Shown piece by piece: positions 39,399 through 64,000 of a stretch of DNA of 64,000 nucleotides. Under the pieces are notes generated by a model. The model searched no databases, was not told the DNA's origin, and saw only the letters and a list, made by a program, of their open reading frames with translations. Positions within the stretch are counted from its first letter, which is position 1. The number at the start of each line of letters is the position of its first letter. Location of the stretch: NCBI RefSeq assembly GCF_009914755.1, contig NC_060927.1; one strand, written 5' to 3'. The translations under genes and the position numbers were made by a program. The stretch comes from the human T2T-CHM13v2.0 reference genome, Homo sapiens.

Positions 39399-41792
39399 CC
39401 TTAGAGGTTAGACTAAATACCCTTCTTCATACTCCCAAACATCCTAATACTCCACAATGTCTTAACATGAAATACAATCTATATACTTACTAGTTTTCAC
39501 CACCAGACTATAATAAATGGTAGAAACTTATTACTCCATTACTGAGTGCTAATTATTGAGAATACAAATATGTAAAAAATTCATATTATTCATATTACTG
39601 AGAATACAAACATGAAAAAAAATTTCATGTTTGTATCCTCAACAATTAGCACTCAGTAACTGAGTAATAAATGTCTGCTGAAAGAATATCTGGTCTTTCC
39701 TTTTTTTTGTATTAATCATTATGTCATAGATTTTACATACTTATGTTTAATTTAGCATCTAATGAATACTCCATTGAGTTCCTTAAACAATCCTAATAAG
39801 TCTAAAACGTTCTTATGAGCTGAGTCCACCATTTACTATTTCTGTATTCTCTTCAGTACCTAACAGTGTTGGGCACATGGTAAATAATAAATACTTGGTG
39901 AACTGAATTAAAAACACAGTATTAGCACACTAATAGAAACAACTTATCATGTCCTACTGATCTAATTAAAAGATCTGGCCTTCTGAAGTAGTGCAATTGT
40001 CCCCATATGGAAATTTTAATGAGAAAAAGAAAAATTATCCAATTGGACAGTTAACCACGTTTCTTTTAGCAAGAGTTCCACAAATATTTTATGAATAATA
40101 AATGTATACCTTTACAGCACAGAGTAAAAGACTCAGGACACATATATGCCTGTGCATACTGGAAGGAAGATTACATATTTAAGGGGTCTGTCACAACTAC
40201 AATCACTTAGATTCTACTAACCTTTAACAAATCTATAATAGGAGTATAGGACATAAAAATATTTAATAGCAAAATCAATTAATGCCAAATCAACTTACGT
40301 TCAAGATGTATATGGCTATCTTTTTATAATATATAACATGGCAGTCATTTACTCATTTAAGAACATTTATTAACTGCCTAGTAATCACAAATACAATGTT
40401 AGGTCCCAAAAATACAAAGATAAAAAGAACACATTTCCTATGTTAGTGGAGTTCTATTTCTGCCATGTTGCAATGGTATTCAAGAATATGTGAATGGTAC
40501 CCCCTGGAGTTGCTCAACATGGAGGCCCTGGTTAGCAGTATGGTGGGGAAGGCATATAAACACATACTTATGGCAGTGTGCTAAGTGCTAGCACAGAAAC
40601 AAGTACAACTGTTACGGGGCCACGGAAGATAAATCATCTACTAATGAAATTAAGAAAAGATATGAAAAAAACGGATGTCTATACAGGAATTCAATGCTAG
40701 TTAAGGTATGATGAAGCTACTAACATACCTAAGATGAAATCAAACCTAAAACTATGGTTGCAGGAAGAGTCAGAAGGGTTCCAAACCAAACCAATCCAAC
40801 TTAAAACCACTGTGAAAGAGATGAAAAATAAAATATTCCTTAGCATAACATTTGAGAACAATGAAACACATACACATAGAACTTAAACTGCCACATACCG
40901 TAAGCCTAAAGAGAATCTTTTAACCATGTAGCATAGAAGTTCAAAGGGGGTCGATCACTAAGAACTAGAGTAAGCTATCCAGAAAACTTTCATAAAAGTG
41001 TAATTAGAACTATTATTGGCGGTAGGGAGGAATAGAGGAAAGGTGTCCATATCCTGAGAAAGGTCAACGTCAACGTCTGTAGCAAAAGCAGTGGGGGGAA
41101 AGTTGGACACATGAGTGAGGCCTGATTTAGGAAAGCCCAGAACACAAGCTTAGCTTTTGGACGTAGTCTCATGGGAGTTCTCAGCCAGGGCTACTGAACA
41201 GAATCACCTGGAGAGCTTTAAAAAATATGCCCATGGCAGAGCTTTACTCCAGATCAAAAATAAGAGAGTTTCTGAGGGAAGTGGCCTGGGCATTAAAACT
41301 TAAAGACACACAAGGTGATGCTCATGTACAGTCTGGATTGAGAACTACTGGACTAGAGAACAGAGAGGTAAAGCATGACAGATATGATTAAGGCTCAAGC
41401 TTGATTTAAGACCCTGTTTATAAGCAACAAACTTGAGCTGATTACCTGTTGAAGCTTGTATTCTAACCTGAGTTAAAAATTCTCAGTTTTCTTAGTGTTT
41501 CTTTTCCCTTGTTGACAAGGCTAAGCTCTGAAAATAGGAAAAGTACCCATCAATTTCTCATACATGACTGGTTCATTGAGTGTAAGGTCTACAACCTTAG
41601 AATTTTACTTCCACGATGTTCCATAGACGACTAACCTAGAAGATAAGTACTTCAATTCTAAGCTGCTCTTACATCCCTGCAATGCACTCCTTTTATATCA
41701 GCGAATGTTCTAGGCTGCATCCAGATTTTGCAAAACTCCTAAATACAGGGAGATCCCAATACCTATGTACACCTAAGTCTTTTAGCTTAGAC

Positions 41793-42575
<783 letters not shown>

Positions 42576-42982
42576 TCAAAAGGCAGGTTTGTCTGTTTGG
42601 TTTTCTTTACAAAAGAGCAAACCTGGGAATATGTTTCAGGATCCATGTAACTCACCGTAAGATTTATTCAAGAAATCTGTACGTTGTTTATAGGTAAGGA
42701 AATGTCTTCTTTGCCTACACAGTTGGCCACGACTGTCTTGATCTGTGTGGTGTTAGGTTACTGTATCTACTTGATGGTAAAAATGTTACAAGAACGGAAG
42801 TTGAAATTCTGCACTTTGGTTTATGCAGTCTCATATTTCCAGATAAAGTTAATAAACGCAAAGGACCATATCCCAATGTAACGAGGAGGGTTGGGAGGAC
42901 AAGCTTCAAGAACGAGTGGGGTGAATTCAACTATCAAAATTGTAAACATGAACAAGAGTCCAGGAATCTTATATTTCATCCG

Positions 42983-43567
42983 GATACATGAAAGTAGATT
43001 TCAAGAGTTGGTCATTCACTTGCACTGCTTCTACTCAGAAAGCAAAAGAACGGCTTCTAAAAAGAAAACACAAGCCTAACACTTCGACAGAGGGGTGAGA
43101 GGGAAAAAGCAAGCCACATGAGTCTGACGAACGGGTACGAAAGAAATTCAGAGGGCAAGGAAAGAAGGGGAATGAAGAAGACAGGAAAAGGTGAAGGAGG
43201 CGGGCAAAGGCCATCTGGTGTGAACCTGGCTGCCCAGCTCTTTATGCACCCAGGGCAGCGTGGGGCCCCTCTCGCCCCGCGCGCATCTAGGAGCTGGGGC
43301 GCAGTGCGAGCCCCCCACGGGCCTGGCAGCCGGGGACGCAGGGCGGGCGGGAGATGAGGGGTGCGCACGCCGCGGGCGCTGACGCCCCACCAGGTGCCGC
43401 ACGCAAGGGTCCCCAGGAAGGAGGCGCACTTAGCGCAGCCCTGGCCTCCCGGAGCAGGAAGGGGGTGGGTGGAGCTGAGCCCGGGGCCGCCCTCCGGAGC
43501 CGCCCCCGCAGCCCTGGCCCCCGCCCCCCGCCCCGGCTGTCAGCGGCCCCCTCCCGCAGTCACTTAC
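42983..43567 (+). repeat. Inverted duplication arm A (5' end of USF3 intron 1)
   Basis: Reverse complement aligns to 46175-46582, 47177-47277 and 47584-47617. Confidence 0.9.
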
Positions 43568-44100
43568 CCGCCGGCTGCGCGGTCTCGGCCGCGGTGGCGG
43601 CGGCGACGGCGGCGACCCCCGCCTGGGTCATGATCCCAGGAGGGGAAGGCAGGAGTGTCTGACCGTCTGGGCGAATCTCTCCGTCCGCGGCCACCGCCTG
43701 CTCCTCCGGGGCTGGGGGAGCGCGGGCCCAGGCCCTCCTCTCCCCCCGCCCCCGCCGCCTCTTTTTGCGGCCACCGCAGCCGCTGCGAGCCCGAGCCCTC
43801 AAGGCCGGAGACCCGGCGGCAGCGCGGCCTCAACTTTCCCAGCCCCCCTCCCCCCGCCCCTCCCCGCCCCTCCCGCGGCCGCAGCTCAGCAAGCGAACAG
43901 CCTACCCTGGGCGCGCCGCGTTCCCGCCTCTTTCACTCAACCCGCCAATCAGGCTGCGGGAACGCTGCCGTGGTAGCCAATAAGAAGACAGAATGCCGTT
44001 GCACTACGCTAGAGGGCGGGAGGAGGCGGAGAGGAAACCAAGGAGTGAACGGGGATCGGGCGGCCCAATGAGGAGGGCCGGGGGGCGGAGGTGTGCAAGT
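43250..44100. promoter_or_regulatory. CpG-island promoter of USF3 with GC boxes and three CCAAT boxes
   Basis: Very high GC and CpG density; multiple CCGCCC/GGGCGG; CCAAT at 43945-43949, 43977-43981 and 44065-44069; ETS-like CGGAAGT near 44324; no TATA seen. Confidence 0.9.
43568..43880 (-). other. USF3: USF3 exon 1 (GC-rich 5'UTR; 5' end approximate)
   Basis: Consensus donor CGG|gtaagt (plus-strand acttac at 43562-43567) inside a CpG island, with GCC-rich leader. TSS not resolvable from sequence. Confidence 0.8.
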
Positions 44101-45537
44101 TGGGTTGAAGAAACAGGAAATATTCTTAAAGGTAGAGTGACGGACAGGAAGGAAAGCCAGTAGGTGAATGGGAAAGAGGTGGGCCTGGTTCCTTAAAGGG
44201 GACGCCTTGAGAACCTAGAAAAGAAGGTGTTTTAAGAAACTTCTTTGTATCTTCTTCTGTGGTCTCTTTTCTTCGTCTTTCGGTAGGAGTTTGGAAGTGG
44301 AAAAATTGAAAAGGAAGAGGGCACGGAAGTCTTTCGGAATAGTTAGCCCCTCTTAACGTGGAGGGCAGGAAGGTGAGAAGATACGTCTTAGTAAATGTGG
44401 AGAAGAAAGAATCAGACGTTTCCGACTTCTCGATAACTGGAAGATTGTTGCTGACTTGACGCTGCTCGCATTCGTAGGCTGTGGTCTCTTGTCATCCTTT
44501 ATTTGCAACAACACACAGATTTCTGTGAATTGGAGATGGCCATGTTCAGAAATGCCCTGGGGGCCTCCCAGCTGGGACAAGGGAGTTTGGCATTGGGGGA
44601 TGGGGTTTGAGATCTCAAGCCTGGGTTACTAAATACCTGGATCTAGGAGAGGTAGGGCCAGGGGTCACGAAATGGAGACCTGAGTGCCCCTTAACTCCAG
44701 GATCTGTGTGGAGCCCTTGGAACCGTGATCACAACTCCCTCTTCCTAGTTTCGCTTCATATTTTATAACCTCCTGCTGAAACAGGTGTCCTCCACCTAGT
44801 TGCGGTTATAGATTTCCAAGCCCTTCCACAACCAGATTTGGAAATATCCCAGATCTTAGATGTCCGTGGGCTAACTTCCAGAAGGTGCACACAGGGCATG
44901 GCATAATGGGAATTACTTGAGCCTGTATACAGAAGCAGCAGACATCGCATTGAGCAAAAGGGTAAAGGCTAACAGTAACGGAGTCTTATGTTTGTACAGC
45001 AGATTGAAAAGCTATGATGAAACGGAAGGCCTGTAATGTTGCTTATAAACTGTGGTACTAATAAACAGGCTAGAAATTTTCTTTAACTCATCCATCTAGG
45101 CACACGAAGTTCTAATTAGCCTTTGAACAGACTTGGCACATCCAAATCAAAACTGCAGATAAGAAAGATTCTACGAGTCAGAGCCATAATAGCAATGCTA
45201 ATAACATCACCATAAAATTGTATAGTATTGGTATGCTCAGCCATAGGAAACAATTTCCAGTGTGTTCAGAATACAAGGTATTTCTCGTTAACAAATATCA
45301 TATCCAGGGTGTGCATGATTTCCTAAACAACTGCAATGCATCAATTCTAAAGTAAAAACAAATAGTTTTGATGATTCATGAAACAGAATTTAACCATTCC
45401 TTTAGATCACCTTTAAAAAATACACATTAATATATTTCTGGCACGATATAGACGTAGAAAAGAAGAACAATTTCCGTTTGATAAAGATCAGAATATTAGC
45501 TTTTTAAATTAATCCTTATTACCTAAGTGTAGCCTAA

Positions 45538-45866
<329 letters not shown>

Positions 45867-46174
45867 GCCCAGAGATCTTTTTTTTTTTTGGCTTTACCCA
45901 TTCAACATCAGTTTCAGATAATCACACCAGTCCTATTTTCAAACTAGCTGGCAGTGCTTACAGTGACCTATATTGGTGGTAAAATATACTGGCCAAGTGA
46001 AACTGGTCTATAGGGCTGTTAGTTCATTTTTTTCAAGTGGACAGAGTGAATCTGATTTTCACCCACATTCTTGAGACTTTTCAATGGTGCTGAAAGACTA
46101 TTTGCATGATATATAAGTACTTCCTTGCATCCCCAGTTTCATATCAAGACCTCCGTTTTTTCCTACTACTGGAG

Positions 46175-47617
<1,443 letters not shown>

Positions 47618-47794
47618 CCCAAAGAAACTGCCCAACTTTTACCCAATGCGGTCATAATATTTGTTTCCACATTCCCAGTGGCAATATACATGGGCTCCAG
47701 ATATTCCGCAGCATGGCCAACACTTGATATTGTCACTCTTTTTTTTAATTCTAGCCATTATAGTGAGTGTAAATGGTATCTCATTGTGATTTTA

Positions 47795-47926
<132 letters not shown>

Positions 47927-47983
47927 TTAAAATACAAAAATTTGCCAGGCATGGTGGCAGGGGCCTGTAATTCCAGCTACTTA

Positions 47984-48121
<138 letters not shown>

Positions 48122-49216
48122 TCAATATGTTTGTCTTACTGAATTGTAAAAAATATTTAGGTGCTTTGGATAAAAGTTCTCTCTCAGATATGTGTTGTGC
48201 AAATACTTTCACCCAGTCAGTAACTTGCTTTTTATTTGCTTAAGAATGTCAATAAAAAAAAAATAATAAAACAAAATACAGGCATACCTTAGGGATATTT
48301 TGGGTTGGATTTCAGACCACCACTATAAAGAGAATATTACAAAAAAGCAAGTCACACACATTTTTGGTTTCCAAGTGCATATAAAAGTTACGCTGGGCCA
48401 GGCACTGTGGCTCATGCCTGTGGATTGCTTGAGCCCAGGACTTTGAGACCAGACTAGGCAACACAGTGAGACCTCATTGCTACAGAAAAATTAACAAATA
48501 AAAAAATGAGGCGAGAAGATCACTTGAGACTGAGGTCAAGGTTACAATGAGCCATGATCTCACCACTGCACTTCTGCCTAGGCAACAGCAGTGAGACCCT
48601 GTCTCACTAAAAAAAAAAAAAAAAGTTATGGCTTGCCAAGTGCATTGGCTCAGGCTTGTAATCCCAACACCTTGGGAGGCTGAGGTGGGAGGATCACTTG
48701 AGGCCAGGAAATCCAGACCAGCCTGGATGACAAAGAGAGACCCTGTCTCTACCAACAATAAAAAATTGTAAATTAGCTGGTAGCATGCACCTACAGCCCC
48801 TGCTACTTGGGAGGCTGAGGTGGGAGGATTGCTGGAGCCCAGAAGTTTCGGGCTGTGGTGAGTTATGATCATGCCGCTGTACTCCAGCCTAGGCAACAGA
48901 GTGAGACCCCATCTGTTAAATAAATAGATAAAATTTTAAATTTAAAATGTTTTAAATTAAATTAAAATTGGAGTCAGTCTTCTCAAACCCTGTTGCTGCT
49001 TTATCAAATAAGTTTATGTACTATTCTAAATTCTTTGATTTCAACAATGTTCACAGCATCTTCACCAGGAGTACATTCTATCTCATGAAACTACTTTCTT
49101 TGCTCATCCTTAAAAAGCAACTCCTCAGCTGGGCGCAGTGGCTCACACCTGTTATCCCAGCACTTTGGGAGGCCGATGTGGGAGGATCATGAGGTCAGGA
49201 GTTCGAGACCAGCCTA

Positions 49217-49486
<270 letters not shown>

Positions 49487-49580
49487 CTACTTTTAATTCT
49501 AGTTCCCTTGCTATTGCCACCACATCTGCAGTTATTTCCTCCACTGAAGTCTTGAATTCTTCCCTCAAAGTCATCCATGA

Positions 49581-52638
<3,058 letters not shown>

Positions 52639-53939
52639 TTTTTGTTGGCTACAGCCTTATAAAATGTATTTCCTGAATAATGAGACTTAAGAGTTGAAAT
52701 TACTCCTTGATCCATGGGCTGCAGAATGGATACTGTGTTAGCAGGCATGAAACATTAACCTCCTGCACATCTCCAACAGAGCTCTTGGATGACTAGGTGC
52801 ATTGTCAATGAGCAGTAATATTTTGAAAGGAATCTTTTTTTCTGAGCAGTAGGCTCAACAATGAGTTTAAAATATTCAGTAAACCATGCTGTAAACAGAT
52901 GTGCTGTTTACATCCAGGCTTTATTTTTTCACTTATAGAGCATGGGGAGAGTAGACTTAGCCTAATTCTTAAGGGCTCTAGGATCATTAGAATGGTAAAT
53001 GAGTATTGGCTTCAACTGAAAGTCACCAGCTGCATTAGCCCCTAACAAGAGAGTCAGCCTGTCCTTTGAAGCTTTGAAGCCAGTCATTTACTTCTCCTCT
53101 CTAGCGATTAAGTATTAAAAGCCATCATCTTTTAATAGAAGGCTGTTTTGTCTACATTGAAAATCTGATGTTTAATGTAACCACCTTCATTAATGATCAT
53201 AGCTAGATCTCCTGGATAACTTGGTGCAGATTCTACATCGGCCCTTGCTTCTTCCCCTTGCACTCTTATGTTATGGAGATGGCTTCTTTCCTTAACCTCA
53301 TGAATCAACCTCTGCTAGCTTCCAACTTTTCTTCTGCAAGTTTCCTCACCTCTCTCAGACTTCATAGAATTAAAGAAAGTTAGCACCTTGTTCTCGGTTA
53401 GGCTTTGTCTTAAGGGAATGTTGTGACTGGTTTGATCTTCTATCCAGATCATTAAAACGTTCTCTGTATCAGCAATAAGGCTGTTTTGCTTTCTTACCAT
53501 TTATGTGTTCACTGGAGTAGCACTTTTAATTTCCCTCAATAACTTTTCCTTTGCATTCAAAACTTGGCTGCTTGGTACCAGAGGCCTAGCGTTTAGTCTA
53601 TCTTGGCTTTTAACAAACCTTCCTTGCTAAGCTTAGTCACTTCTAGCTTTTAATTTAAAGTGAGAGATGTGTGACCCTTCCTTTCACTTGAACACTTAGA
53701 GGACATTTTAGGGTTATTAATTGGCCTAATTTCAATATTGCTGTGTTTCAGGGAGGCCTCAGGAGAGGGAGATGATGGAATTGCCGGTCAGTGGAGCAGT
53801 TAGAACACACACATTTACCAATTAATTTTACCATCTTATATGGGCACAATTTGTGGGGCCTCAAAACAAATACAATAGCAACGTCAAAGATCACTGATCA
53901 CATATCACCGTAACCAATATAATATTAACAAAAGTTTGA

Positions 53940-55585
<1,646 letters not shown>

Positions 55586-56404
55586 GCACTCAAATTACTA
55601 TGACATTTGGATAACCAGCAATGAGAACGGTTCAGCAATAACGGTTCATCCTTGTCAGCTTTCCTGCTAGAAACTAAATATGTATTCCTTGTCTTTGAAA
55701 AGAGCAATATGACACCAATATAGATACATTATCCTTTTCTGTGAAATCCATTATTTTCTTCTTATGCTACGTTATCTATCACAATTTATTATATTCCATG
55801 GGACATATATCATGCTTTGAAATATCCTCCAATGGGTTTACACCTTCAACTTCAAACACTGGAAAGACTTTTTTTTTTTTAAAAACAAGGTCTCACTCTG
55901 TTGCCAGGCTGGAGTGTGGTGGCGCAATCTCGGCTCACTGCAACCTCTGCCTGCCAGGCTCGAAGCATCCTGCCACCTTTCAGCCTCCCAAGTAGCTGGG
56001 ACTACAGGCATGTGCCACCACACCCAGCTAATTTTTGTATTTTTAGTAGAGACAGGGTTTCACCCTGTTGCCCAGCCTGGTCTCAAACTCCCGAGCTCAA
56101 GTGATCTGCCCACCTCCGCCTCCCAAAGTGCCGTGACTATAGGTGTAAGCCACCATGCCTGGCCTGGAAAGACTATTCTTTGTGGTTAATAGTTCCAAAC
56201 TCCCTCCAAAAATATTAGTAAAAGTTTAAAATATTGCAAGAGTTACCAAAATATGATACAGAGACATGAAGTGAGCACATGCCGTTGGAAGAATGGCACT
56301 GACAGACTTGCTCCATGCAGGGTTGACACAAACCTTCAATTTGAAAAAAGTGCAATATCTGTGAAGCTCAATAAAGGAAACTGCAATACAACATGATATT
56401 CCTA

Positions 56405-60890
<4,486 letters not shown>

Positions 60891-60939
60891 GTAGCATCAA
60901 TCACAGTGCCTGATACATGGTAAGCTCTCAGTAAGTTTT

Positions 60940-63123
<2,184 letters not shown>

Positions 63124-63654
63124 GAACCTCTACAATGTTAGATTGTTTCTGCTGTATAAATTCTGAACTTGTATCTGTTTTGCACTCCCTTTCCCACTTG
63201 TAAGTCTCAGTTCTCCTATGGGAATTAAGGCTTTTTGTTTGTACTGGAGCCAATGTTAGAGAAAACAAGTCAATGTAGGGAATTCAAAATTAAGGTAAAA
63301 TCAAGATCCTTGAAGGAGCTGATTCATTTTAGTAAATAGGATGACCTGCACTTAGACATGAATTCTGCTTAAACTAGAATTTTACTTACCTTTATTTAAA
63401 GAAGTCACAGATATTTTTTGCCTTGCTCACTGCTGTATCCCTAGAGTTCAGAATAGTAGGCACCCAGTAAATCTGCAGAAACAATGTACAACTTTTATAT
63501 CCACTAAAGGAAGATCGTTTCTTACTTAGGAAAGTGATAAGAATGAAGGATGTTATAAAATTGTTTTAAAGGTGCTATAACAAAGCCTTCATCTTACTAA
63601 GAGAACTGGGATTTACTGTTTGTGTATTCAAATTTCACCTGCATAAGCAATTAC

Positions 63655-64000
63655 ACATATAGTACCTGACAGTTTTATTATACTTTAGGGGAAGAGATGG
63701 CTAGTGACAAGGAGAATTCAAGATTGTTCAAATCTTTACAGAAGATTTTTGATACTAGCAAATGTTTCTCAAAGATAAACTAGACAAGTTCAGTATGGAC
63801 AAAGAAACAAAGAAAAGCATTATAATCAGATGTCCTACGAAAGCTACAGTGATTCAACATGTGCTTTAATTTATACTGCTTAGATCCTTTGAGTTCAGAT
63901 GTCTTGAGTTTTTGAGGACAGTAAAACAAGTAAAACTGGGATGAAATTAAAGCTATGTGGCAAATTAGTTTCAGTTAAATCAGGAATATCTAATACAAAG
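63655..64000 (-). terminator. Probable poly(A) signal and 3'UTR end of the upstream neighbouring gene (likely NAA50)
   Basis: Minus-strand AATAAA at 63674-63679 in repeat-free AT-rich sequence. Gene identity rests only on recalled synteny (NAA50 ends ~20 kb upstream of USF3, same strand). Confidence 0.4.

Noticed and set aside
43057-44071. Several overlapping Pro/Arg/Gly/Ala-rich ORFs
   Set aside because: Expected from stop-codon scarcity in a CpG island. Only the short spliced uORF was kept.

Overview
Primate (human-like) euchromatic DNA, very rich in Alu, L1 and DNA-transposon fossils. It holds nearly all of the bHLH-leucine-zipper gene USF3 (KIAA2018) on the minus strand. A CpG-island promoter and exon 1 lie at about 43.57-43.9 kb, and a non-coding exon 2 at 24451-24566. 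Four small coding exons (22001-22047, 20517-20545, 17290-17372, 11483-11579) encode the bHLH. A giant terminal exon (CDS 2111-8595, containing an 18-Gln tract) is followed by a 3'UTR running toward the window start. The spliced CDS is 6741 nt, or 2246 aa plus stop. Upstream (44-64 kb) is a stack of nested transposons (Tigger1 containing HSMAR2, L1PA and many Alus), and probably the poly(A) end of the neighbouring gene (NAA50 by recalled synteny). The most unusual observations are: (1) an 84-bp hairpin-containing piece of USF3 coding sequence copied into an Alu in its own 3'UTR, with a 22-bp flanking duplication; (2) an old ~580-bp inverted duplication of the start of intron 1 that brackets the promoter/exon 1; (3) a uORF whose stop depends on exon-2 inclusion; (4) a candidate poison exon; (5) several eh1-like motifs in the disordered tail; (6) a candidate L1 3' transduction. 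No tools were run. Repeat names and boundaries come from recognition by eye, and I cannot confirm that any finding is undescribed.
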